Virus record (IMG/VR): IMGVR_UViG_3300031251_000967
Span: 1 to 64,000 of that record
From: a virus
Direction: 5' to 3' (one strand)
Length of the DNA: 64,000 bases
The position numbers were made by a program, and so were the translations under genes. The notes under the pieces are model-generated. The model was not told where the DNA came from and did no database searches. It saw only the letters and a program-made list of their open reading frames with translations. Positions within the stretch are counted from its first letter, which is position 1, and each line of letters opens with the position of its first letter. This document shows positions 55,186-64,000 of this stretch, piece by piece.

Positions 55186-56844
55186 TCAGAGCAAAGCCTC
55201 TTGCTGATCGCTGGAGAGCGATTGGAACAGGGGGGAGTCGAGACCTTGCATGCGGTCGAGACGGCGCTTGATATCGGCTACGTACTCGGCTTCCCGCTCG
55301 ATCAGGATCGCGTCGAAACCTTCCCGCATGCAGGCCGCGCCCGTGGTACCGGAGCCGGCGAAGGGATCAAGCACGGTGCCACCCGGCGGGGTGACGAGGC
55401 GCACGAGCCAGCGCATGAGCGCGATCGGCTTTACGGTCGGGTGCTTGCTGTCGCAGCGATCGTCGGCGTCGGCCTTGGCGGAGAAGAAGAAACGGGCGGC
55501 AGAGCCTGTTTCACTCTCAATGGCACCGATGGGCGATCCGGCCGCCGTACTGCCATAACCCGGCGCGCGCACCGTGCCGCCGCGGGTCCCGTGCGTCTGT
55601 CGCTCTCCGAACTGCGCGAAGGCTTCCAGCACCTCGTCAGAGCCGTCGTGGACGAGGTTAGCGGGCCAGCGGCCGAGCGCTTCGCCCGGTCGCTGCTCGG
55701 CAAAGCGTTCGGGAGTCGTGCGATCGGTAATCGTGTGACCGTATTCACCGGGCGTGCCCGAAGGCGCGTAGCCGCGGCGTGCGACGCTCGGGTTCTCGCC
55801 CGCCACCCGGCACGCATCGACGTTCAACGCCCCGGTGCCGTGCAACAGCACGTTCGCAGCAACGGTGCCGTCGAGAGGCTTACGGGCAAGGACGATCGGC
55901 TCCCAGGCGGGCTTTAGGGCGGTTCCTATTCCGTCAGGAACAATCGGTTTGCCGCACCTTCCGCAATCCGGCCATGCTCCGCCATCTTGTGGCTCCGGTT
56001 GTCCGGCCACAGTTCCAGATTGCTCGGATCGTTGTTCAGCGGCTTGTGATCCCCGTGGTGAACCACTTCCACCCGCAGCAACGGACGGCCGATCCGCTTC
56101 GCCATTACTAACCGATGTTCCATCACATAGCCGTCCGCACGCGCCATGCTGATGAACTCCGGCGGGCATCTGACATACCGAACCGAGACATAGTTTCCGT
56201 GTCTCTTCCGGTAGGTTACGCCGCCCTTCCAAGCCCAGTTGGCAGCACCCTTCGGCGGGGGCGGCGCATTGCAGTGCTTCAGCGGATGCGCCTTGTTCCG
56301 GCAGGCACGGGAACAATACCTGCCGCTGCCCGCTCGCAACTGATGAGGCCGCCGATACATCGGCGTCGTGCACAACACGCAAGTTGTATTCGGGCGACGG
56401 TTCGGGGTGCTCACAGTCGCAGATTTTACCATCTAACGCCTTGTTTATGCTATGACTTTTCGGAAATCCGGCACCATAGCACCAAGCCAATTGGTCACGG
56501 ATCTCGAAACCGGCATCCTCGATAGCGCAGGCGAGCCGGTGATAGGTGCGCGTGCCGCTGAAGGCGATCAGATGCGCGCCCGGCTTCAAGACGCGGTAGA
56601 CTTCACGCCACCAGTCAGGATCGAACGCGGTCTCCCCAGTGTCCCATTGCTGGCCCATGAATCCAGCCGATGCCCGCTTGTAGAGGCCGTCCCGGTCCTT
56701 GGCTGGCGCGCTGCCGGGCTTGCCGAAACGCTTCTGGATGCTGACGAGCGAGTACGGCGGATCTGTCACGCATGCGTCTATGCTGCCGTCTGCGAAAGTG
56801 CGCGCGACGTCGCGGCAATCGCCGTGCTCGACGCGAATGTTCAT
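55186..56844 (-). CDS. DNA amino-methyltransferase (N6/N4) with large internal insertion
   Basis: TDPPY, GFPKS, GTALKPAWEPI, HPTVKP, LDPFAGSGTT. Confidence 0.92.
   Translation of the reverse strand: MNIRVEHGDCRDVARTFADGSIDACVTDPPYSLVSIQKRFGKPGSAPAKDRDGLYKRASAGFMGQQWDTGETAFDPDWWREVYRVLKPGAHLIAFSGTRTYHRLACAIEDAGFEIRDQLAWCYGAGFPKSHSINKALDGKICDCEHPEPSPEYNLRVVHDADVSAASSVASGQRQVLFPCLPEQGASAEALQCAAPAEGCCQLGLEGRRNLPEETRKLCLGSVCQMPAGVHQHGACGRLCDGTSVSNGEADRPSVAAGGSGSPRGSQAAEQRSEQSGTVAGQPEPQDGGAWPDCGRCGKPIVPDGIGTALKPAWEPIVLARKPLDGTVAANVLLHGTGALNVDACRVAGENPSVARRGYAPSGTPGEYGHTITDRTTPERFAEQRPGEALGRWPANLVHDGSDEVLEAFAQFGERQTHGTRGGTVRAPGYGSTAAGSPIGAIESETGSAARFFFSAKADADDRCDSKHPTVKPIALMRWLVRLVTPPGGTVLDPFAGSGTTGAACMREGFDAILIEREAEYVADIKRRLDRMQGLDSPLFQSLSSDQQEALL
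55926..56432 (-). CDS. HNH endonuclease nested in +1 frame inside the methyltransferase
   Basis: CVLC...YCSRAC, NWAWKGG, YVMEHRLVMA...EVVHHGDHKPLNNDPSNLEL. Confidence 0.88.
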   Translation of the reverse strand: MVKSATVSTPNRRPNTTCVLCTTPMYRRPHQLRAGSGRYCSRACRNKAHPLKHCNAPPPPKGAANWAWKGGVTYRKRHGNYVSVRYVRCPPEFISMARADGYVMEHRLVMAKRIGRPLLRVEVVHHGDHKPLNNDPSNLELWPDNRSHKMAEHGRIAEGAANRLFLTE

Positions 56845-57317
56845 GTGAGCACCTGCGGCCCTGACATACGGATCTCAAATCCGTAAATTGCTTCGACGAC
56901 GGCGCGACGGAGACGAGACACTGAGTCGTCTATCCCCTTGTGCTCCTCGACCACGAACCGGCCGTTCTTTTCGCGGTAGGTGAAGTCGGCGGTGTAGACG
57001 GCCGTGCGACCGTTCGGATACCGCTCGGAGCGGATGACGACTTGGCGTTCGCCGATCTTCAGGACGAACCGGACTTGGCGGCTGAGGTGGGTGATCTGCC
57101 CTGCCCGCTCCATCAGCTTCAGTTCGCACCAGCGGTCGTACTCGGACTGGCTGTCGAAGCGCACGCCGTCCACGATGACGGGCTTGGCCTTCCACTTCGA
57201 GGGCAAGGGATCGCGCGCCGGCTTCTGTTGCGCGATCTGCTCCGCAAGCAGTTTGGCTGCTACCTGTTCGCGCGCGGCCGGGCCGAGGGAGAGGATGGAG
57301 AATGTGCGCTTCGACAC
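56841..57317 (-). CDS. DUF1064 PD-(D/E)xK nuclease-like protein
   Basis: SKWKAKPVIVDGVRFDSQSE...YTADFTY...VVEEHKG. Confidence 0.85.
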   Translation of the reverse strand: MSKRTFSILSLGPAAREQVAAKLLAEQIAQQKPARDPLPSKWKAKPVIVDGVRFDSQSEYDRWCELKLMERAGQITHLSRQVRFVLKIGERQVVIRSERYPNGRTAVYTADFTYREKNGRFVVEEHKGIDDSVSRLRRAVVEAIYGFEIRMSGPQVLT

Positions 57318-57564
57318 GATGGATCGCCCTACTCCGCGGCCTCGCGCAGGGGCGCCCCGAAATACTGGCGGCGTCGGCGGGCTTTCTCTCGCCCGCCTTG
57401 GTGCGGCATGTATCTTGACGAACCGCGTACCGCGCGAAGCTTGCGGTCGCATGTGCCTGGATGGACCAGCGTCGGCCGCAAGCGCCAGTTCTCCCTGATG
57501 ATCGCGAAGGTGATGTGGCGATTGGTGGTGGCGAAGCCGCGGGCGAAAGGATTGCTCTTCCGCA

Positions 57565-57870
57565 TCACGCATCCTCCTGCTCATCGGAGGACAGATCCGG
57601 GATCATCCCCAGAGCCCGCTTGTAGACATCAAGAAGCGCTTCTTCTTCGTCGATTTCGTCGGGATCTTTGCCGCGAAGTGCTATAATGCGCTTCAGGATC
57701 TTGGTATCGAACCCGGAGCCTTTGGCCTCCGAGTAGACTTCCTTGATATCCTCGCTGAGCGCCTTCTTTTCCGCTTCAAGGCGTTCGATCCTCTCCACAA
57801 AGGAGCGGAGTTGATTTGCAGCGACGCCGTCCACGTCATTGCTCGGCAGGGAATCGCTTTGTTCGCTCAT
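57565..57870 (-). CDS. gapR: GapR-like nucleoid-associated protein (DUF2312)
   Basis: [38 protein letters not shown]. Confidence 0.92.
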   Translation of the reverse strand: MSEQSDSLPSNDVDGVAANQLRSFVERIERLEAEKKALSEDIKEVYSEAKGSGFDTKILKRIIALRGKDPDEIDEEEALLDVYKRALGMIPDLSSDEQEDA

Positions 57871-58048
57871 GGTAATGTGCTCCTGAAGGTAAGGTTCGGA
57901 TCAGTTCTGTTCCTGCCGCCACTCGCGGATGTGTTGGTGGCATTGGTCGGTGCAGTGGAAATACCGGGCCGCGTAGCCCATCAGAAAGCAGGCGAGACAC
58001 GCACCAAACCACGCGAGGTATTCCATGCTGTCCTCCTGTAAGGGGCGA

Positions 58049-58663
58049 TCAGACCCGACCGTCTTTGCCGGTGCGGGGGCGAACGGGAGTCGGTCCCAAG
58101 GCGTCGTTCTTCACGGTGTAGTGAGGGGCGCGGGCTCGAACGGCATCGACGCCGCCGGCCGCGGCAAGCCACTCCTCGATGCTGTCCGTGACGATCGCGG
58201 GGCGGGTGAACTCAGCGGGCGGAAGACCTATCTTCTCATCCTCACGGGCGCGCTGAAGCCGCTGAGTGGGCGCGCCGTGACGCGATGCTGTTACCCTTGC
58301 CCCCGCCCTTCCGCCGTCGGCACAGCGAGACCGCCGGCACTTCATGGCGCCGCACGTCCGGCCGGTGTGGGTGTAGGTCGCCTCGCAGACCGGGCAGATA
58401 CGCTTGGCATTCTCCCGCATCGCCCGCGCAGCCATCTGGCAGGCGGCATCCCGGCAGTAATGGCGTCTCTCGAATGTCTTCTGGCTTTCGCGGGACTTAT
58501 CGCGGACGAGGACTTCGTTGCAGGCGAGGCAGCGGCGCGCGTTGGCGGCGATGTGCGCCTGCCGGCACGCCTCGTTGCAGTACTTCCGCTTCTCCCACTG
58601 AGCGCGGCTGAGAGCACCCTTCACCAAGGGCTTTCCGCACCCGGGAAAGGCGCAGATCTTCAC
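58049..58663 (-). CDS. Multi-zinc-finger protein
   Basis: Three CxxC...YCxxxC-type modules; start uncertain. Confidence 0.65.
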   Translation of the reverse strand: MKICAFPGCGKPLVKGALSRAQWEKRKYCNEACRQAHIAANARRCLACNEVLVRDKSRESQKTFERRHYCRDAACQMAARAMRENAKRICPVCEATYTHTGRTCGAMKCRRSRCADGGRAGARVTASRHGAPTQRLQRAREDEKIGLPPAEFTRPAIVTDSIEEWLAAAGGVDAVRARAPHYTVKNDALGPTPVRPRTGKDGRV

Positions 58664-58961
58664 ATCCGAAGAAGCCGGCGCTCCGCACCCGTTCATATCA
58701 GCCGGCGAGGCGGATTGATGCGGAGCGCCGCAGGTAGCGGTGGGCGAGACCGCTCGGGAGGGAAGCCCGCGGGGACTCTCCCCGCCTTCGGACGCCGCAA
58801 CACTCAACAGCGCCGGAAGAGATGAACCGGAGAGCATTACTTGCACCCTCCGGCGATCCACAAACTCCCGACGGTAATCGCGTGGGAGATGATCAGCGGA
58901 TAGAGATACGGGAGCATGAGTGCGGTGAATGCCGCGCGGTAGGGGGCGAAGGGATCGAGGA

Positions 58962-59240
58962 TCATGACTGAATGCCCAGCCGCGTCATCAGCGCTTCGAC
59001 GCCGTCCTTCGCGTCCTTGAGCGAAAGGCCCGCAAGGGAGCGCGCCAACTTGATCGCCTCGATTTTGGAGATGCCGGCCCGAAGCTGGCGCTCCACTTGG
59101 TCGGCCCAGCACACGCCGCGAAAGGTCTCGACGAGGGTTCGCGGGTCGCGCCGTGCGATGGCGTAGACGAGCGCGCGATAATCGAGTTCGCCGGCAAGAA
59201 CGGCGATGGCCTCTGCGTGCCAGTTGACTTGGTCGCTCAC
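58962..59240 (-). CDS. Protein with ribosomal bL12 (L7/L12) C-terminal-like motif
   Basis: KIEAIKLARSLAGLSLKDAKDGVE. Confidence 0.7.
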   Translation of the reverse strand: MSDQVNWHAEAIAVLAGELDYRALVYAIARRDPRTLVETFRGVCWADQVERQLRAGISKIEAIKLARSLAGLSLKDAKDGVEALMTRLGIQS

Positions 59241-60046
59241 GCCGTCACCTCGTCCACCGGGACAGCGGAACGACGGCGCTTGGGGAACTGGAGGACGCCT
59301 TGCCCTCCGACGACGCCATTGTGTTCGAGCACCCATTCGTTGCCGAACTCGACCATGCAGGCGTTCGCGAAGTCGATCGGGAACAGCCATTTGGCGGAGT
59401 GCGGGCAGCGGCGGAGCGCCACGCCCTTCAACAAGGCTCTCTCGCGCATCGCGTAGTAGAGCCGGGCCTGGAGGCTGCGGCGCTTGCGAGATACGGCCTT
59501 GGCGCGGTCAAGGATGGCGCGCACGGAGATGTATTCGGCGACGGCGATACGGGCGTCCGCCGCCAGCATCAGCGCATCGACCCTGTTCCTAAGCTCCGTA
59601 ACGGTGTCTCGCAGGGCGGCAACGTCTTCGTGAACACCCTCGAAACGCGGGCTGACGACGCTCTTGACGATGCCGCCGAACTGACCGGCCGGGAACTCGT
59701 ACGCCGGCTGAGGCTTGCCGACCATCCGCTCGCGGACAACCTCGTTTACCCAGGCATGGAACTCGGGCGACAGGTACTTCGCATAGGCAAGTCCAACCTG
59801 CCAATGCGCCCACGTCGAGCCATTACGGCCGCGCTCACCCACGATAATGTCGCCCTGGCGGACATTTTGCGCCGAGGCGACGTATTCAACGAATTCGCGC
59901 GTCGCGTCGATTTCCAGCCATTTCGACGGCCGCCGGCTGTCGTCGGCACCGGCTGCGCGCCACATATCCGTGAGGTTCAGCCGCTCGCCGCGATCGCGGA
60001 CAATCTCGCCATTGAAGGAGAGCGCCGGAAGGTTCTTGTCATTCAT
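59237..60046 (-). CDS. KilA-N domain protein (antirepressor-like)
   Basis: LNLTDMWRAAG...RPSKWL...GSTWAHWQVGLAYAKYLSPEFH. Confidence 0.9.
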   Translation of the reverse strand: MNDKNLPALSFNGEIVRDRGERLNLTDMWRAAGADDSRRPSKWLEIDATREFVEYVASAQNVRQGDIIVGERGRNGSTWAHWQVGLAYAKYLSPEFHAWVNEVVRERMVGKPQPAYEFPAGQFGGIVKSVVSPRFEGVHEDVAALRDTVTELRNRVDALMLAADARIAVAEYISVRAILDRAKAVSRKRRSLQARLYYAMRERALLKGVALRRCPHSAKWLFPIDFANACMVEFGNEWVLEHNGVVGGQGVLQFPKRRRSAVPVDEVTA

Positions 60047-60312
60047 AATGAACTAGTCCTGGTGAAATTAGCCTCGCCGTACATCTTGATCGCGCCGACT
60101 AACCGGCCGCTGATCTCATGCATGGCGTCGAGCATCCCTGGCGTGCCGGGCTTGCCCATCTCGATCTCACCGATTTCGACGGTGAGTTCATGCATCATTT
60201 CGTGCGCGAGGTCGTACAGACGCTTGGTTCGCGCTGCGGTAGCGGAACCCTTGGAATGTTCAGGACGTTGTTCCCCGTTGAGGGCGGAATGTGCGTGCGA
60301 CCCGTCCGGCAT
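60043..60312 (-). CDS. Hypothetical protein
   Basis: GGGG RBS; ATGA coupling. Confidence 0.55.
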   Translation of the reverse strand: MPDGSHAHSALNGEQRPEHSKGSATAARTKRLYDLAHEMMHELTVEIGEIEMGKPGTPGMLDAMHEISGRLVGAIKMYGEANFTRTSSL

Positions 60313-60466
60313 GATTACCCCCGTCTGTCCTGGTTGCTGTTGCCGCCGCTTCCGCTGCGCCCCCATCGGACCAGCGCGACACCGAGGCGAGCGACGGCGG
60401 CACCGGCATCGCCAAAGGTTCGTCCAAGGGCGACCAGCGCCCGACCCGCATAGACCGCGAGGGTTT

Positions 60467-60757
60467 TCATCCGTTGTCGTCTTCCAGTTCCCCGCGGATC
60501 AGGGCGATCTCGCGCCGACGCAATTCCAACTCTCTCAGCCCAACGTCGATCGTGCGGGCGAGTTCTTCGCGGCGGCTCTGCGGCACGCCTTCGATGAGCC
60601 AATTACGCGCCGTGGCCCAAGCGATCCCAAACTGTCGCGCTGTCCACTTCGCAGTGTCGCGCGGGGCGAGCTTGTAGAGGATCGCGGGCGATATCCGTTC
60701 GACGCGCGCGGTCATTCGTCTACCCCTTTTGGGTAGATGCATCTTGCTTCTGTGCAT
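60467..60757 (-). CDS. CII-position HTH protein
   Basis: DTAKWTARQFGIAWATARNWL; downstream of cro. Confidence 0.6.
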   Translation of the reverse strand: MHRSKMHLPKRGRRMTARVERISPAILYKLAPRDTAKWTARQFGIAWATARNWLIEGVPQSRREELARTIDVGLRELELRRREIALIRGELEDDNG

Positions 60758-61281
60758 TGAGGGCTTCCCACGGCAATGTCTTGTCCGTGATGACCAGCAA
60801 GCACGTTCATACCATCCGGGAAATTGAGGCGCGCGAACTCGCCGAACCATTGCTTGGCGGCGCGGTCGTAGGCGGTAGCGGCCTCGATCTCGGTGTCGTA
60901 AATACCGATGAATACGCGGTTCGCCCCACATTTCAGTGCGGCGTGGTACTTCCTATAAACCTTGCTCACGCCCTTGAAGCCGGTGCGAGCGGAGCGTCTG
61001 TTCCGATTGTTTTCAGTTTTCGAGCAGAGACGGAGATTGGCGCGGCGGTTATCAAGACCGTCGCCATTAATGTGATCAACCAACAAGCCCGGCGGCGCGT
61101 CGAGGATGAAGCGATGCATCCATACGTGGGTGATCCGCTTACCGTCCCGCACGCCACGGCTCGCATATCTGCGGTCACTCGGGTAAAGGCGCGCCTGCCA
61201 CCGGAACGCCAGAACGCGGTCTGCGTCGGCGTCGTCGACGATCGCTTCCAGCCCTTTTGTCAAAGGAACGCGCGCAACCAT
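60712..61281 (-). CDS. HNH-AP2 homing endonuclease
   Basis: MHRFIL...VDHINGDGLDNRRANLR; EAATAYDRAAKQWFGEFARLNFP. Confidence 0.92.
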   Translation of the reverse strand: MVARVPLTKGLEAIVDDADADRVLAFRWQARLYPSDRRYASRGVRDGKRITHVWMHRFILDAPPGLLVDHINGDGLDNRRANLRLCSKTENNRNRRSARTGFKGVSKVYRKYHAALKCGANRVFIGIYDTEIEAATAYDRAAKQWFGEFARLNFPDGMNVLAGHHGQDIAVGSPQCTEARCIYPKGVDE

Positions 61282-61432
61282 GTCACGCACTCCTGACCGG
61301 CAAGCGCTCGCCAAGGGCGGCGGCGGTGAGAAGAGAGTTTTGCTCCGGGAGGCGGGAGCGGAGAGCGGCCGGGACCAGCGCGGGGGTGCTGGACCGGCCG
61401 TTTCCTCGTGCACGTGCACGAGCGGACGGCTG

Positions 61433-61570
61433 ATGACGGCCGAGAGCTATCTCGAAGCCGCCGCCAAGCTGAGACGGGAAGCGGATAGCCTGCCCGACAA
61501 TATGCGGCAGGCATGGCTGCGCGGGGCCGAGCGCTTCGAAGCCATCGCGGCCGAAATCGACACCGATTAA
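61433..61570 (+). CDS. Small helical protein
   Basis: AESYLEAAAKLRREA...AWLRGAERFEAIA. Confidence 0.5.
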   Translation: MTAESYLEAAAKLRREADSLPDNMRQAWLRGAERFEAIAAEIDTD

Positions 61571-61854
61571 CCGAAAATCAACTTCTCGTCCGGCAGCGCA
61601 GTCCGTTAGGCACCCTAAGATTGAGGGTCCGAACGGACTGATTTCTTTGCTGGCAGGGCCGAGCGGCATGGGGGTGCCTGAGTGGGGTTTAGGTCGGGGG
61701 AAGGCGCAGGCGTGCTAGGCGGTTACGATCGGCCTACGCGTGTACGTGCATGTGCGGGAGCCGGCGGGCCCCTGGTGGAAGGGGCCAATCCGCCCGCCGG
61801 GCCGCTCCACGGCGCTCTCCGAACGGCCGAAGGAAAGAGCGCTGCGGAAGAGGG

Positions 61855-62100
61855 TCATCGCGTGATGGCGTCCTTAGAGTCTTTCGCGCACGCTTCCGTG
61901 TGCGCGGATAGCCATGCTTGATTGAAGTCGTTCGCCGTGACGTGGCCGTCCGTAACCGCTTCGATCTTCGCTATGATTTCAGGACGAGGCCGCCGGATGC
62001 CGCGCTCGTAGCGGCTCATGGAGACCTCGGTTACGCCAACCCTCGCGGCGATTTCCGCTAGGGTAACGTTCGCGCTGTTTCGATATTCACTGAGCTGCAT
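61855..62100 (-). CDS. cro: Cro-like repressor
   Basis: MQLSEY...SRYERGIRRP...TDGHVTANDF; divergent from cI. Confidence 0.88.
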   Translation of the reverse strand: MQLSEYRNSANVTLAEIAARVGVTEVSMSRYERGIRRPRPEIIAKIEAVTDGHVTANDFNQAWLSAHTEACAKDSKDAITR

Positions 62101-62106
62101 GCGCCC

Positions 62107-62172
62107 ACACTAACCGCACCGGTAAGAGATGTCAACCGAAACGGAAAGTGACTTACCTTACCAAAACGGTAA
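62107..62172. promoter_or_regulatory. cro promoter and three operators (OR-like)
   Basis: Minus-strand TTGACA-N17-TAGTGT; operators at 62111-62125, 62133-62147, 62158-62172, consensus TTACCG-N3-CGGTAA. Confidence 0.8.
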
Positions 62173-62215
62173 GACTCCTGGCATATGGACTTTTGGTCAG
62201 AGAGGCGAGCGGCGC

Positions 62216-62881
62216 ATGAACAATTTGCGCGCAATTAGAGAGATGCGGGGCCTTACACAAAAAGAATTGGCCGATCGCATAAATACGACCGATGTATCGG
62301 TTTCGCGGTATGAGAGCCAAGATAGCAGACTGAACCTGCCACTTCTCCGCCAATTGGCGAACGTCCTTAATGTATCGGTCGGGCAGATCGTGGGCGAAAG
62401 GCCCTTGCCTTCCGAAGTGGAGAAAGTAAGGATACCTACCGGTCAGAAGATAAGGGTGGATGATACCAATCCGGTCCCCCTTCTCCGCTGGGAGGAAATC
62501 GAACCTTGGTTGGGCTTGACACCGTCCGAGCGTCGCGCGAAACAAAGCGAGAACATTTGGACGGACCAGTCCGTGGATGAAAACACCTTCGCTATCCGGC
62601 TCGTCGATACCAGCAACGCGCCAGAGTTTAATCCTGAGGAAGTAATTATCTTCAAGGTTATGACACCACGTCCCGGCGACATGGTCTTGGCGAAGCGCAA
62701 GGGCGCAATTGATTGCGTTTTCCGCAAATATCGCCCGCTTGGCCCGTGCTCTGCCACTGGACCTGTCGTATGCGATCTCGTCCCCCTTAATCCGGACTGG
62801 CCGACTATCCGGCTTGACGGCGAGCATCTTGGCGTCATCCACGCGGTGATGATTGAGCATCGCCGCTACAGGAAGCCGTGA
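62216..62881 (+). CDS. cI: CI-like repressor (XRE HTH plus S24-like domain)
   Basis: LRAIREMRGLTQKELADRI; FAIRLVDTSNAP; LVPLNPDWP. Confidence 0.9.
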   Translation: MNNLRAIREMRGLTQKELADRINTTDVSVSRYESQDSRLNLPLLRQLANVLNVSVGQIVGERPLPSEVEKVRIPTGQKIRVDDTNPVPLLRWEEIEPWLGLTPSERRAKQSENIWTDQSVDENTFAIRLVDTSNAPEFNPEEVIIFKVMTPRPGDMVLAKRKGAIDCVFRKYRPLGPCSATGPVVCDLVPLNPDWPTIRLDGEHLGVIHAVMIEHRRYRKP

Positions 62882-62912
62882 ACCGCACCGCTCCCACTTA
62901 ATACGGCATCGC

Positions 62913-62960
62913 CTACCGTTACGGTAATTTCTGCTGGACACTGACTTACCGATACGGTAG
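62913..62960. promoter_or_regulatory. Two operators (OL-like)
   Basis: CTACCG-TTA-CGGTAA 62913-62927; TTACCG-ATA-CGGTAG 62946-62960. Confidence 0.8.
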
Positions 62961-63012
62961 ATATGATCTCCATCAGCGCCGCTCACCCGGCGAGACGCGA
63001 TGGAGCCAGACA

Positions 63013-63363
63013 GTGTCAGCAGACGGACAGAACAAGCCCCAGACGCCCTGGTCCGCTGGTAAGTACCTCATCGGTCCGAACGTCGAGCAGATCCGGGCGC
63101 AAGCGACGCGAGTGATCCGCGGGCGCATCCCGCAGCAGGTGCGCCGCGAATTGATGGCAGCCGTAAAAGCGGGCGCGCTCGGTCACCTCAAGAAGGACGG
63201 CTTGAAGCCGGAAATCTTCTTCCACCCCGACCACGAGAACGGCGCGATTGAGCGGCAGAAGCGCGAGGCCGCCTACTCCATCGAGTGCATCGCCACGGTG
63301 ATTGCGCCGACTCCGGTGTCGGAGCGCATCGACGCCGCTCTCTCCAAGGCAGGTGTCTCGTGA
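63013..63363 (+). CDS. Hypothetical early protein
   Basis: GGAG RBS; first gene after OL. Confidence 0.7.
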   Translation: MSADGQNKPQTPWSAGKYLIGPNVEQIRAQATRVIRGRIPQQVRRELMAAVKAGALGHLKKDGLKPEIFFHPDHENGAIERQKREAAYSIECIATVIAPTPVSERIDAALSKAGVS

Positions 63364-63386
63364 CGGCGCAGCGGGAGAGCGAGGCG

Positions 63387-63755
63387 ATGACGCCGGCAGA
63401 GATCCTGCGGGAGGCGATGGAGAACATGACTTCTCCGACGCCATGGTCGACTTGGATGCAGGATGATCTTGTCGTCATCACCGACGCGGACGGCGAGTTG
63501 GTCTGCGATCTCGGTAGCGACAATCTCGACGCTGAAGACCCGGAAGAGGCGCCGATCAAGGCCCGCCTTCACGCCGACGCTGACCTGATCGTCACCGCAG
63601 TCAACAGCCACATCTCCTTGCTGGCGGCAGCAAAAGCGTCGCTTGAAGAACTCGAATGCTTCAACCGCATGCCAATGGCGAGCGGAACGCTTGATGACGT
63701 GATCTCCCGGCTACGTGCCGCCATTTCCCTCGCCGAGCAGGGAGACGCACCGTGA
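63387..63755 (+). CDS. Ead/Ea22-like early protein
   Basis: SPTPW...ADADLIVTAVNSH...LRAAIS. Confidence 0.65.
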   Translation: MTPAEILREAMENMTSPTPWSTWMQDDLVVITDADGELVCDLGSDNLDAEDPEEAPIKARLHADADLIVTAVNSHISLLAAAKASLEELECFNRMPMASGTLDDVISRLRAAISLAEQGDAP

Positions 63756-63949
63756 GCGACACCTATCGGTACCGCAACTCATGGATTTACCTCCGCCCTG
63801 GCCACTCCGGCTGGTGGCTCTGGACGGTGGAATTTCCTGAAGGAACGCCGGAGCCGGAGTCCCTGCCAGACAACCGAGCAGCATCGAAGAGCAATGCGCA
63901 CGCTGCCGCCCTCCAGTTCATCGACGCTACTCTCGGAGCCGCACCGTGA
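63752..63949 (+). CDS. Hypothetical early protein
   Basis: GGAG RBS, GTGA overlap. Confidence 0.55.
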   Translation: MSDTYRYRNSWIYLRPGHSGWWLWTVEFPEGTPEPESLPDNRAASKSNAHAAALQFIDATLGAAP

Positions 63950-64000
63950 GCACGGCATCAGTCATCACGATCGACGACATCGAGCGCCGCCGCCGGGAGA

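Larger units (their letters stand above)
2173..64000. mobile_element. Temperate prophage, lambda-like head with Mu-like contractile tail; continues past window end
   Basis: Terminase, portal, S49 protease, capsid, sheath, tube, tape measure, baseplate, lysis, cI/cro and replication genes present; begins at tRNA 3' end. Confidence 0.95.

Noticed and set aside
55926-56440. Intein in the methyltransferase
   Set aside because: No C-terminal His-Asn plus nucleophile motif, and the nuclease is in another frame

Overview
GC-rich alphaproteobacterial chromosome (inferred from gene content such as GapR, DUF1376 and the tuf-tRNA-rlmB synteny). Positions 1-2172 are core genome: the 5' end of tuf, tRNA-Gly, tRNA-Tyr, rlmB, a NUDIX gene and tRNA-Thr(TGT). 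From about 2173 to beyond the window end lies a nearly complete temperate prophage apparently integrated at tRNA-Thr. It has a lambda-like head and packaging module with a cosQ/cosN-like site, a Mu-like contractile tail, a lysis region, cI/cro immunity with five 15-bp operators, and replication/nin-like early genes. The integrase and attR are not in the window. Most striking unexplained structure: (1) three dispersed tRNA-like ncRNAs sharing a GCTGCGG/CCGYAGC acceptor stem, a D-like arm and a T-like arm but carrying different structured interiors, two of which flank the endolysin on the antisense strand; (2) two copies of a covarying multibranch RNA motif hidden in the 3' ends of early genes; (3) an HNH endonuclease nested in the +1 frame inside an uninterrupted DNA methyltransferase ORF; (4) an 8-kb accessory fibre-like module with a 1453-aa lyase-like protein, plus a signal-peptide-bearing SGNH/GH16 enzyme inside the baseplate operon. 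All calls come from reading the sequence by eye; no searches were run.
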